Under the pieces are notes generated by a model, which searched no databases, was not told where the DNA came from, and saw nothing but the letters and a program-made list of their open reading frames with translations. The position numbers were made by a program, and so were the translations under genes. From assembly GCF_006345805.1 (NCBI RefSeq), contig NW_021832375.1:274117-338116 (forward strand): DNA of 64,000 nucleotides. The letters are read 5' to 3'. The DNA comes from Octopus sinensis (taxonomy: Eukaryota). The first letter of the stretch is position 1. Each line of letters opens with the position of its first letter. Shown piece by piece: positions 40,856 to 53,829 of this stretch.

Positions 40856-41098
40856 CGCGAGAAAGAAGCAACAAGAATGGATAGTTTTTAGTACGATCGT
40901 TTCATACAAGGACAGGTTTTATTAAAAGTTGCAAAGATTACAGCATATAAACGAGTCCCGTACTCATCAGCTAAAATACATGTAAGTTCTCTAGACATCC
41001 TAGTGTTTGAGGCTATACTCATGAAGTAATGTAGATAATTAAACAGATTTCTAAAGTTCATTAAAGTTCTTTAAAGATGATGTACAGTCTTATCACAG
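40856..41098 (-). mobile_element. 243-bp insertion in a (TA)n tract, probable Penelope pseudo-LTR fragment
   Basis: Absent from the paralogous TA tract at ~33500-33630; contains a hammerhead. Penelope origin is inferred. Confidence 0.6.
40886..40976 (-). ncRNA. type I hammerhead ribozyme, canonical core
   Basis: Minus strand: stem I TTTTAG/CTAAAA, CTGATGA, stem II GTACGGG/CTTGTAT (with G-U pairs), GAAA, palindromic stem III CGATCG, GUA cleavage triplet. Confidence 0.85.
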
Positions 41099-43080
41099 AT
41101 ATATATATATATATAATATATATATAATATATAATATATATATATATATATTGCATGTGTTTGTGTCTGTATGTGCGTTACAAATGCTTTTCCACGAAAA
41201 GAAATTAAGGAAAAGAAAATGGGTCAAATGACGGAGCGATTGTGATGACGTTGGTGATATAGTAATATGAGACACAGACATGAAGGAATGTTTAGAAGTG
41301 TTTTGGCATGGGAGTTATTCTTTACAGAGAGCAGGCAAGCGGTAGTTGGCTGACATATACACACCCTCTGTGACATACAAATATGTACATAGACACTACA
41401 TTGTACATGCACACGACTACATACACACTACGACATATAGATATACATGATATCAAACACGAACACATACACACACACATAAACACACGCATTCTTATAT
41501 GAGGAGATGACGTTGAATATTTTTAAATTGCAGTTGCTCTTAAAGTTAACGGTGCTGACCAGCGTTCCTGTGACAAATACATTAAACTAAAACTAAAACT
41601 CAACGATCAACTTTGCTGGTAAATATTTCATTTTTGTTTATATTTTTAAGTAATTATTCTAATTAAAATTTGAATAATTATAAACAATAATATGAATCAA
41701 CAACGGAGTGTCTGAAATGTAGCGCGAGGTTAACATATTAGATTATAAAGAATATGGGAAAGTCATGGTTAGAACGCCTTTGGTCATAGTGTTACTGGAT
41801 AAAAATTAACTTAAGTTAAACATACAATTAAGTTTTAAAAGATTATAGTTTTATAGATTACATTTAAGTATTGTATTTGAAAAAATAATCTATCATAATT
41901 TGTTAAATTTCGAAATATTATTGATGAATTCTGTGGAATTGTCCAGTGAATTGAAAGAGAAATGGAAATAATTATGTAAAAGTGTAGATTGTAGATGAGA
42001 AAGAAAGACATTTATAAGAATTGAAGGGTGAGTGTGACGTTTGTAGATGGATATAAATTAACAGACTAAATGGTGGTGGCAGTGGAGAGATTTCAAGCTA
42101 TATAATATGTGAGTCAGATGTTTTAATCATTGAAGCGTGGCCATCCAGGAGCATTAACTTGGTATGTTCGATCGATCATATGAACCCCAGTATTTCTCTC
42201 TAGGTCTGGCGCATATTTTAAGTGTATATATTTGGGGAACTGCTATATTCGGAAATGTAGCAGGTTTATCAGGTACTAACACATTTACAGCATGCTTCAA
42301 TGATGGATTTTCTATACATACATACATACGTACACCAAGCTTGCTTGGTGAGGAGGGTGTTTATTGGACATGAAAAAAACAACCTGTTAAAGGTCGGAGG
42401 AACTCTTGAGAATCAACAGCCATTCAATAAATGTGTAATTATATTTTTACTGTAAATCTGCCTTTTTCTCACTAATTTTTATATATAGAATATTTTTATA
42501 GCTTGCTCATTATATAAATTTTTATATACTTCACATACATACATATATACATACATATATACATACATACATACATACATACAAACATACATACATACAA
42601 ACATACATACATACATACATACATACATACAAACATACATACATACATTCATACATACATACATACTTACTTACAAACATACATTCATACATACATGAAC
42701 ACGAACATATATACTGGTTTTCTCAAATCATTTTATAAACAATAAAAATTGTGTCCAGGATTTCAAGTATGTTTACAAGAAGAGAATGTTTATATGTTTT
42801 TAAAGAATCTCAAAAATAGTTGATAAATTTGAAAGAAAGAAAATGTCTTGGATTTTTATATTTCAAGGAAATTCAAAATTTGTGAATCAATTTTTTCCTG
42901 AAATAAAAAATATAAAGCTTGTCTTCTTCATATACTTTAATTTAATCTATGCAATAAATCTCTGCCTTCAGCTAAAAGGTGTTATATATATCTATATATA
43001 TATGTGTGTGTGTGTATGGGAGCGTGTAAGGAAAATATAATAAAGAGAATTCTAAAATAATTTTCATTCTTTGAGACTGT

Positions 43081-43372
43081 AGGCGTAGGAGTGGCTGAAT
43101 GGTAAGTAGCTTGTTTACCAACCCCCTGGTTCCGAGATCAGTCCCACTGTGTGGCAGCTTGGGTAAGTGTTTTCTACTATAGCCTCGGGCCAAACATGTA
43201 CATATTTACCACAGGGCATCCTTCAGTTTCCATCTACGAGATCCACTCACGAGGCTTTGGTCGCCCGAGTCTATAGTACAAGACACTCGCCCAAGATGCC
43301 ACCCAGTGGGACTGAACCCTGAACCATGTGGTTGGTAAACAAGCTACTTACCACACAGCCACTCCTACGCCT
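43081..43372. mobile_element. inverted pair of family A SINE 5' halves
   Basis: Plus copy 43081-43175 and minus copy ~43205-43372 both start AGGCGTAGGAGTGGCTG. Confidence 0.85.
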
Positions 43373-43379
43373 ATGTGTG

Positions 43380-43419
<40 letters not shown>

Positions 43420-43542
43420 CATATACGTGTGAGTGTGTGTGTGTCTGTGTGTGTATGTTGAACGCCGTACACTTCTGCATGTACTCACACACACACACAT
43501 TCACTTAGACGCCAACATATACTTTAATATATACATATATTA

Positions 43543-43656
<114 letters not shown>

Positions 43657-43657
43657 C

Positions 43658-43690
<33 letters not shown>

Positions 43691-44944
43691 CACAAACGTA
43701 CTCACACAATCTAAACTGTTGTGTGTATATGGAATAATAATAAATTGTTATGCGGATGCTCACGTGAACAACTTAGGGAATTAGTACCGTCTTTACCCTC
43801 TAATACCTGCATCTGCCGTGTGAGTCCTGCGACAAGTTACACAGGGTGAACTGGACGCCCCTAAATATTCGAGGGTATGTTGTACTTGAGATAACCCATG
43901 TACATGAAAGTTACAATATGCTAAACACACATGGAGAGTAAACCACGTAGAATATCACTTTCATTCTTCTGCAAGTAGCAGAATAATTCAGTCCTGGATG
44001 TCATTTAATAAATTGATGGTTCATCTTGATAGTAAGGTCGGACTTATATTTCGGAGAGAGCTATGAAAATTAACATCCACATCATGTGATGTATTACAAT
44101 AATTATTGAAGATGTAGGTTTCAGGACTAATGAATGTCCATTACTTGAACATTTGCGCTATCAGCCCTGTCGTAGTCATTTGAGACAATGATATTCCATT
44201 GTCTCACTCTCTACCGTCTTAACCACGGAAAGGACACAACACACATTGCAGTATAAGTGAATCGACGGGATGATCATGACCGAAACTCCTCTGATCATAG
44301 TCTTGTCACCAGTGAACAACAAGCATTCTTTAGAAACAACTGAAATATATTCTGGGAAACGAGGAAAATTCGTCGGGTTTGCATTTTAGTAACTAGAGAG
44401 ATGAGGTCGTGTCTTTGAGCAGATATCGCCATCCCAATAATCGACAAAAACAATGGCGTTTGTTTTAGAAAAGCGTCAAGTAGATAAGAATATTCTCTGG
44501 GTGTTGTCAGGACATATGAAAATTAAAGTTTTGGTAAAATAAAAGAAGTCGAGAACACATGAAAATCGTGATTAGGGATGCTATTCACGATAACAAGGTC
44601 GTGATTTCAAATACAGGACCGAGAGGTGTATTGTGCGCAGAACACTTCATCTCATGTTACACAGTGACCATTTCAACACTTGACGTGTAGGAATGGTGGA
44701 TAGCTGGAAAATGGATTTATTTTCCGGATATTAAAGAATTTCAGCCAATCACATACATCAAGGGAAAATACTGGCACTCTCGTTTAAAAAAAATATAGAG
44801 AATTATTACCACCGGGTATTTCATTCAGTATACTTATCGGATAGCTGCTGGAACGTGAGACAAAAAACTTATATGAGGCAATAGAATATTCAGATAAGTT
44901 GATAAAACTTATTTAATTTCTTTTAAAAATTAAAACTGAAGTCA

Positions 44945-45330
44945 TATATACACACACTCATGTACACACACTCATACACACTCATATATTTGTCCGTATT
45001 TGTGTATGTATATATATCCTCATGCATCTTTATATACCATACATGATTACATATGACACCGCGTAGCAATTCTTTGTCCTGAAATCCTAGATTGCCGCTC
45101 ATATAATGTTGTCTCTGGCTTAGGTACAAGGCCAGTGGTTATGTTTTTGTGGGGGAGGTGGACAGTCGACTAATTGGACTTCAGCACCTCTGAGAAGTGA
45201 AAGGCAAAGGTGAGTTCGACAGGAAAGGAACTCAGAACGCAAATAGACAAATCAATTTTTGTTACTTTTCTTTTAAGATTTAACATTTGTATCTACACAC
45301 ACACACATATATATGATTTATTTTTCCCTC
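44945..45330 (+). repeat. older ~390-bp direct duplication, copy 1 (copy 2 ~48365-48745)
   Basis: Shared unique sequence, e.g. CATGATTACATATGACACCGCGTAGCAATTCTTTGTCC; visibly more diverged than the 33318/40566 pair. Confidence 0.85.
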
Positions 45331-45416
45331 TTACGAGTGGATTAGGTAGACGGAAACCGAAAAATGTTCTTTATATATATATATACCTATATATATATAT
45401 ATATAATATATATATA

Positions 45417-45479
<63 letters not shown>

Positions 45480-45480
45480 A

Positions 45481-47738
45481 TAAGAAAATAGTAAAGAGTG
45501 AAGAAACGACAGAAGGCTTAAATGTTAAAAAATATATATATTTGTGTCAAAATGTCTGGAGAATATTGGAAAAATTTTTTTCCTTTCCTTAAAATGACAT
45601 AATTTTATAATTTTTAAAGAAATACCGGTTTCGCGTGTAGCTTTTCAAATTTCTTGTGACGTTATGTTTATATTGCATGGAGTTATCGTTGTGTTTATTT
45701 TCAGGAGATTTCTAAATAAGGGGAGGTAGTGAGTGATTTCTTCCGGTGTAAGGGAGATAATCGCTTAAAAATTTTTTTCCTTTCCCTTGTTAATTTCTCT
45801 GTATCAGTATGTTCGGATGGTTGAGTCTGGGTTTGTACTTTTCAATGAAGAATGTTTCCTTGTTCAGTCTCATTTGTGTTGATGATCCGAAAGCACATTG
45901 GTAAAATGGGAAGATTAAAAATTGTGGCAGTAGTTGCTTTGCGCATTTCTCAATGTGCTCACTAAAAGGTATCATTCTATATTCTGGGAATGCAATCTGT
46001 TGTCGATGCAGTGTGCATCTACGCCTGAGTGATAGTCCCGTGGAACCCACGTAGTCTTGGTGGCAGCCCGAGCATTTAATGATATAAATTATGTTTTCAG
46101 AGGCACAAGTAAAGTTAGATTTGATCTTGAATTTTTGTCCCTCTTTAAAGAGGAACTCTGATCCTTCTAGCAGGTTAGGGCATGTTGCACAGTTCGATCT
46201 ACCACATTTTTTTACTTTTGCATCCGTAGTTTCAGAAGACAATTTTGCCTTTGTGAGAATCTTCTTAAGTGATTTAGGCTGTTTGTAGCTTTTAATGATT
46301 TGGTGTATGTTTAGAATTTCCTTTAATTTTGGGTTTTTATGAAGTATTGGTAAATTCTGGGTGATGATGGTGAAGGCTTCTTTGTTTCTGGGGTTGTATG
46401 TAGATATGTAAGGTAGTATTTTCGGGGAAGGTGTGTTGTTGTGTTGAACTTTTCTTAAAGTTTCTATGTTGATTTCTGAAGACATTTTTTACAAAGCCAC
46501 AGACGCCAAACAATACCTTCTTTTTAATTCATGCCACCCAAGACACACTAAAACAAACATCCCCTTCAACCTTGCAAGAAGGATATGCACAATAGTGTCA
46601 GAACAAAATACCAGGAACTTTAGACTGCAAGAACTCAAAAACACCCTAATTGACAGACATTACCCAGCTCAACTCTTAGAGGATGGGATCAGACGTGCAA
46701 CAGAAATCAACATAGAAACTTTAAGAAAAGTTCAACACAACAACACACCTTCCCCGAAAATACTACCTTATATATCTACATACAACCCCAGAAACAAAGA
46801 AGCCTTCACCATCATCACCCAGAATTTACCAATACTTCATAAAAACCCAAAATTAAAGGAAATTCTAAACATACACCAAATCATTAAAAGCTACAAACAG
46901 CCTAAATCACTTAAGAAGATTCTCACAAAGGCAAAATTGTCTTCTGAAACTACGGATGCAAAAGTAAAAAAATATGGTAGATCGAACTGTGCAACATGCC
47001 CTAACCTGCTAGAAGGATCAGAATTCCTCTTTAAAGAGGGACAAAAATTCAAGATCAAATCTAACTTTACTTGTGCCTCTGAAAACATAATTTATGTCAT
47101 TAAATGCTCGGGCTGCCACCAAGACTACGTGGGTTCCACGGGACTATCACTCAGGCGTAGATGCACACTGCATCGACAACAGATTGCATTCCCAGAATAT
47201 AGAATGATACCTTTTAGTGAGCACATTGAGAAATGCGCAAAGCAACTACTGCCACAATTTTTAATCTTCCCATTTTACCAATGTGCTTTCGGATTATCAA
47301 CACAAATGAGACTGAACAAGGAAACATTCTTCATTGAAAAGTACAAACCCAGACTCAACCATCCGAACATACTGATACAGAGAAATTAACAAGGGAAAGG
47401 AAAAAAATTTTTAAGCGATTATCTCCCTTACACCGGAAGAAATCACTCACTACCTCCCCTTATTTAGAAATCTCCTGAAAATAAACACAACGATAACTCC
47501 ATGCAATATAAACATAACGTCACAAGAAATTTGAAAAGCTACACGCGAAACCGGTATTTCTTTAAAAATTATAAAATTATGTCATTTTAAGGAAAGGAAA
47601 AAAATTTTTCGAATATTCTCCAGACATTTTCACACAAATATATATATTTTTTAATATTTAAGCCTTCTGTCGTTTTTTCACTCTTTACTATTTTCTTATA
47701 TATTCACCCACGTGCTTTACCAAACAAACTTTCTTATC
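45481..47738. mobile_element. Penelope-like element: 5'-truncated RT-thumb/GIY-YIG copy plus an inverted 3' copy
   Basis: ORF 46466-47389 (DIFYKATD..QYL.FNSCHP, C..C, IIYVIKCSGCHQDYVGST GIY-YIG); inverted copy 45481-46478 matches 46701-47698; flanked by (TA)n. Confidence 0.92.
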
Positions 47739-47774
<36 letters not shown>

Positions 47775-48221
47775 ATATTGATGCATATATGTGTGAGTTT
47801 GTTTGTGTATGTGTGTTTCTGTCTTTGCGACTATGTTTGTTACCCTTTCATATCTTGACAGCAGGTTTTTTACGCTCCCCTCCTTAACATTGCGGTTCGG
47901 CAAAAGAGGCCAATAAAATAAGTATTTGGCTTACAAATAATATACCCTGATGTCAATTTATTGGGCTTCAAGGCTTTTGATATAGTGCTCCAGCATGGGC
48001 GCAGGCAAATGACTTCAACAAGTAAAAGAATTAAAGAAAAAGAATACACATATATGCGTGTGTATACATCTAAATGCGTATGAATATATATCTATGTATT
48101 TATATACCTATATATATACGTGTGTGTGTGTGTGTGAATGTTTCGCTTCGTACATATGTGCATGTATTCACACACGCATGTAGACACACGCTCGCTTGTA
48201 CATACATATATACATACATAC

Positions 48222-48282
<61 letters not shown>

Positions 48283-49049
48283 TACATATATATGTATATA
48301 TATACAAATATACATATATATATATATATATACATATATATGTATATATATACAAATGTACATAGATACACACACTCATGTGCACACACACACTCATACA
48401 CACACATATTTGTGCGCGTTTGTGTATGTATATATATCCTCATGCATCTTTGTATAATCATACATGATTACATATGACACCGCGTAGCAATTCTTTGTCC
48501 TAAAATCCTAGATTGCCACCTACTAAGTGGTTTCTGGATTAGGTACAAGGCCAGTGGTTGTGTTTTTGTGGGGAAGGTCGAAAGTCGAGTAATTGGACTT
48601 CAGCACCTCTGAGAAATGAAAGGCAAAGGGGAGTTCGACAGGAAAGGAACTCAGAACGCAAATAGTGAAATCAATTTTTGTTACTTTTCTTTTAAGATTT
48701 AACATTTATACACACACGCGTATATATGATTTATTTTTCCCTCTCTCTCTATCTTTCTATAACTATGCAACGTAATAGAATAACTTTGTTACACGCACGT
48801 CAGAAATATTATTTAAATATTTGTTTGTCCTGTCCATCGTATATATAGACTTATACATAAACACACATGCATAGGCGTGGCTGTGTGGTAAGAAACTTGC
48901 TCCGCAAGCACGTAGATCCAGATTCAGTTTCCACTGCATGGCATTTTGGGAAATTGTTTTCTACTATAGTCTCGGGATGATCAAATCTTTGTGAGTGGAT
49001 TTGGTAGAGGGAAACCGAAATTTTATAGGTTCTGTTGATTTGGGGTAAT

Positions 49050-52000
49050 CCTGTATATGTTGAGCTAAAGGGTGAAAGCCGAGCTGAGGCGATTTTCTTC
49101 AAAGAATTGAATCTTTCAGGCAACGTCTCCCAGCGATTGAAGATGGCAACTGAATTCTGTAAGCTGCTTCTTTCAAGAGATTTTCGTAGTTCCATAAATT
49201 TTCCCCCCATAATTCTGAAGTGGTTAATTCAATCATTTCCACTTCAAAGCTATCCTGTATATTTGTTGTTGAGCCCAAAAGTGATAGATGAATTGGGTTC
49301 GTTTTCAAATCCCTCAAAGTCGGGTTTGATGAGAAATGAAAATATAGGAGAATTTGTTTTGAAATATTTATCTCACTTGGAAAATTCTTCTTTCAACGTT
49401 GCAATATATTTTTGAAGTTCGTTTTTATTAAATATTAAATCGATTTGAATAAGCTTTTACATTTGGAAAGTATTTTTATGTATTGCTAAGTTTATCACGC
49501 AAAAAAAATCTGATTTTAACAAAATCCTTTCCAATATTCAAAAACATCAAGTACTGTTTGACCTCTCTCTTGTAAATGCAAATTTTAATCATTCAAGTGA
49601 CTGTCAGTTAGAAGCATCAGTTTAAATAAACCGTCTTCGTTGTTCAATTCTGGCAACTGTTTCCTTTCAAGAAATATTCTTCTAAGCATGATACAAATCT
49701 GTTCAAAACATTACCCCGACAAAGCCAACGGACTGTAAGGACCGTGCGATGCGAGTTGACAAGAATGGCTCTTTAGTACCACATCACACAGCCCTTACAA
49801 TAAAGAGAAAATTGATAGTACCATCTATTTGCCAGATGGATAAAGGAGACAACCGCGTAGAATGATTAAAAGAAGATTTATTGATATGTTAACGGATGTG
49901 TCTGTGTGTGCATCATGTATACTGAACGATAGACATGCCGTCATGAGAACAGAATGTATGCGTATGGGTTCATAGATGTAGGAGACAATTACAGGTATAT
50001 GTTGAACGTGATGTCGTGGCTGTGATGCTGCTGCCTGGGTAACTTGTACAGGAGTTCATACTGGTTGTATATTTGTTGTTGACCCATGATGAAGTAATTC
50101 ACGAACAGTGAAGTGTTGGAACCTGGATGCATCGCTTGCAGAGCTGTGTACGTAGAGAGATGATGTTGAAGACGTTAAGGACATGGTGGTGGCGACGAAT
50201 TCGGAGGTTGTTGGAATGCTGTTGGACAAAGTTGGTAAGTCTCTGGAACTGGCTGTGTCTTTGTGGTCAGTGCCTATACCTTAAAAGGTCTGGAACCAAA
50301 AGACGACAGGAGAAAAGGCTGAGTTTTTATAAGGAGAAGTAGGCCAAAACGGGGTAGAGAACAGGCTGACTCCGACTGGTGATACGCGGTAGTTTGGCGC
50401 GACAAATTGCGCCAATACCAACTAATCAGAGTAGTGGACAGAACGGGATCCAAATAGCGGCAACCGGATAGCTGTTCCCTTCTACGTTCGAATGCACGTA
50501 TATATAATAAATGGGAGAGAGAAATTTTAACCGAGTCTACGCTGCAGGACTTTACTGTGAAGTGGGAAGTCTGCATATTCGCTGTCCAGTTCCTGCAGAA
50601 GAGACTTAAATTGTCTGTGAGTCAGTGAAGAGCAAGAAACCATGAAGTTAACTATTTTAACAACAGTTTCCACGACAGAACTCAAGCTTTGTGACGAAAG
50701 TTTTGCAACTAAATTTTCCTGATGTACAATGCAATTAAAACACATTAAACTGCGTGAAATGTGATTTTCAAGACGCTTAATAAATCTTTTTTTCCTTTCC
50801 ACCCACTGCACGTGCACCACCAGTAGTAATACAAAATATTTTATTTGTATTAATGGCTTGATTTTCGAAATAATTTAGAAATGCAGTCAGAATGTCCTGT
50901 CCTGTAGATGTATTGGTAAGAGGAATAATCAAACAACATGATTCTTCGTAAATACGATCATTGTCCCAGCATCTTGCAACAATTGCTAGGTGCGCCATGT
51001 CATTCACTTGAGTACTTTCATCGATAGGGGTCACTGAATGCAGCAGCTTTTTGTAATCTAACTTTCTGTGTTATAATTATGTTTTCAGCTATATCAGTTA
51101 CACGTCTCTCAACTGATCATGCAGAAGTTGGTATTTCTTGAATTCGAGACAGTATTTATTCAGCGTTTGCTTGATCACTGAACAAAAGTTTTGCACTTCT
51201 CAGAAAATCTTTTTTGATAAATTCTCCGACTGTTAAAGGTTTACCTTTCTCAACTATACATTGAGCAATTGTCTAACTACATTATTTGGCTTCATTGTTG
51301 GTTCCAAGCATTTGAACAAAAACAGAAGTCCTTCATTTGTAACTAGAAATAGCCCTTTTTATGATTTGCCTTTTATCATCAGCGTTTTTAGACATAGTCT
51401 GGTGTCTAGTTTGATAGTGTATTTGAACACTTGATGTACGACATACGACAAATTCACAGCAGAACGCACACACAACTCGATGATTTTGTTGTACAAATCC
51501 ATACTCAGTGCTCCAGAAATCTTGAAATGAACGAACGTCAAATTTTGGTCCTTTGTTATGCAATTTGCTGCACTATATATTGATAATTGATATGTCAGGT
51601 GTATAAACCCTTAAATTAGGTTCTACAAATAAAAATAACTAAATAAAATAATTAGAATAAAATAAATAGTAAAAAAGAATGAAATTAATTTAATGAATTA
51701 ATTTTTGTAATAATAAAATAATTAGATTAAAATAAATGATATGTATAAACAAAAAAATATATACCCAAAAGATCAGACAACTTAACTTCCGAAGGAGAAA
51801 TTGAAACCTAAGAAAATAACTATAATTTTTGACTTTTCATGTTTAATTCCTTTTGAAAACCCTACTCGTTACCGCTTTTTCTTCCCAAAATGTGAGAATA
51901 ATTTTAAAAGCGTCTACTTATAGACGACCCGCAATGTAGCAGCCGATTTTAAAGAGTGTCTTTATTTAGACTGGCTGCTGTAAAGTGGTCAACCAAATAT

Positions 52001-52376
52001 ACAGCCGAGTTCGAAACAATAAGCGTTCGCACCTCTAGCTCCCGGCTTCAGTAATAAAGTCCATAGAAATGCTTTCAGCACCAGCTTACAAACAAATTAA
52101 TTGTGCTAACATTCATAATTTCGTATCAAAATTGTGTTCAGTAGTACTATATTTTTAAGGAAATGTAATACTACCAAATACAACTAACTTCAGATAGTTT
52201 AGGCTAGAATAGATGGATCGTAAAAAAGATATGTAATTTAATTATTATGATGTCGCTTCCTCAGAGTTAGTTATAAATAAAATTTTACTTTTATTTTTTG
52301 CCAAGTGGTGTGCATGCCATTGTGAATTGTTCCGCGTGCTACACATGACACGCGTGCCACAGGTTACAGACACCTG
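49050..52376 (-). mobile_element. hAT (Charlie/SPIN/GTF2IRD2-like) DNA transposon, decayed, 3' end lost
   Basis: BED finger (VCAFCCE..VCRTSSVQIHYQTRH), DEST, C.(I/V)HQENL, LHSKV|RWL.RG, WETLP..F..LKK and STY motifs; terminus CAGGTGTCTGTAACCTGTGGCACGCGTG next to GTCTAGAC (nTCTAGAn target). Confidence 0.9.
49734..50546 (-). mobile_element. solo LTR (813 bp), Gypsy-like
   Basis: TG...CA termini (TGTAAGG...GCTGCA), exact 4-bp TSD GGAC at 49730-49733 and 50547-50550, AATAAA on the minus strand near 49878-49883; splits the hAT LHSKV|RW motif. Confidence 0.85.
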
Positions 52377-52384
52377 GTCTAGAC

Positions 52385-52660
52385 ACTCCAAGGAAAACCT
52401 CCAGACGTCTGAAGATGTTCAGCTATCCTGAACGTGTCGAGGCATAAACAGCCACCAGACTGAGGACACCTCCGTTACTACTGTTCACGACGTCCAGGAC
52501 CACCAACTTACCTTCTGAGTCCAGGAAGATAATCTTTGTGTTGAGATCCAGGCGTCTCTGGGACAACACTGCCATTCCACCCCGCCCCTCATTCCCGTTT
52601 GACATGGAAATAAATATCAGGCTGAGTAAAAAGTAAGCAACGTTTTGAAACGTGAAATTC
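52385..52660 (-). pseudogene. L1/Tx1-clade LINE ORF2 AP-endonuclease fragment
   Basis: GRGGMAVL...IFLDSEGKLVVLDV...LVAVYAST matches the APE GVA / D..GR / ..VYAP pattern. Confidence 0.7.
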
Positions 52661-52689
52661 ATCACAATGTATTCCAGCAATGGGGAAAT

Positions 52690-53750
52690 TTTATTCATCA
52701 AAGTCTGTACCATTACTATAAACACATTTTTGCCAATGAGTTACAAAGTTTGTTTATTCCGTTAACATAAAAATCTGGAGTTCTGGAGCTGATGGACTCT
52801 TTGAACGCGCTTTCAGCATCGGTTTGATTTTTGAACTCCTTCTCTCGAAGGAAACCATAAAGATACTTGAAAAAGTGATAGACGTTGGGAGAAAGGTCTG
52901 GGGAGTAGGCTGAGTAAGGAAGAACTTCGTAGCCAGATTCCCTAAACTTCTGGAGCGTCATTAGTGAAACGTGTGGTCGAGTATTGTCATGAAGAATGAT
53001 TGGCCCTCTTCTGTTGACCAGTCTGAGACAGAGGAGTAGCAGTTTTTCGTTCACATTGGCAATTTCTTGGTAATATGTTTCTGCAGTAATGGATTTTCTG
53101 GGTTTTAATAAGTTATAGTGGATGAGTCCAACGGCACATCACTAAACAATCACCATAATCTCTTTTTTGAAGAGATCGGGTTTAGGGAAGCTTTTCGGTG
53201 CTTCATTTGGGTCCATCCACTGCGAAAAACATTTTCTATTATTATACAGAATCTACTTTTCATCGCAAATACGGTCAAGAATTGGATCGGTCTGGTTTCG
53301 GCGAAGAAGTGACGAGCACATTTCATAAGTTCACATTTTCTGATTTTCATTCAAATCGTGTGGTATTCATTTGTCGAGCTTTTCTGATTTTCCGATCGCA
53401 TGCAAATGGTTTCAGGCATTTTCTGGCTGACTTGAAGTTCTTTTGCTAGTTCTCGAGTGGTTTTACGTGGGTCTTTCTCAATGACGATCTTCAGTTGACC
53501 GTCATCGATGACAGACGGGCGTCCACTACGCTCAAGATTTTCAGGTTTCCACTGCTAAATCGTTTAAGCCATTTTCAAACTGACCACTCACTGGTCATTT
53601 CCTCACCAAACGTTTCGTTGACATCGTGAGAAGTTTCAGCTGCTTTACATCCTTTTTTGATGTTGAATAGCAAAATTGCTCGAATATCGCGCTTTGACAG
53701 TTGCATTTCAGATGATTGCAACAACGGTGAAAAAATATCAATGTTAATTT
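52690..53750 (-). mobile_element. mariner transposon, decayed
   Basis: IRAILLF HTH start, CDEK.ILYNN, LHDNTRPH and YSPDLSP motifs; stops and frameshifts; TIRs not resolved. Confidence 0.9.
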
Positions 53751-53829
53751 ATTGATGCATTTGGGCAAGTCTATGTCTGAATTGTCTGTGTGTTTTTGGT
53801 TCTGTTTCTTTTTCTTTTGTGTGTTCAGG

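Noticed and set aside
43980-44640. Class A GPCR pseudogene (MAISAQRH resembling a DRY region)
   Set aside because: Single weak motif, many stops and no consistent transmembrane pattern.
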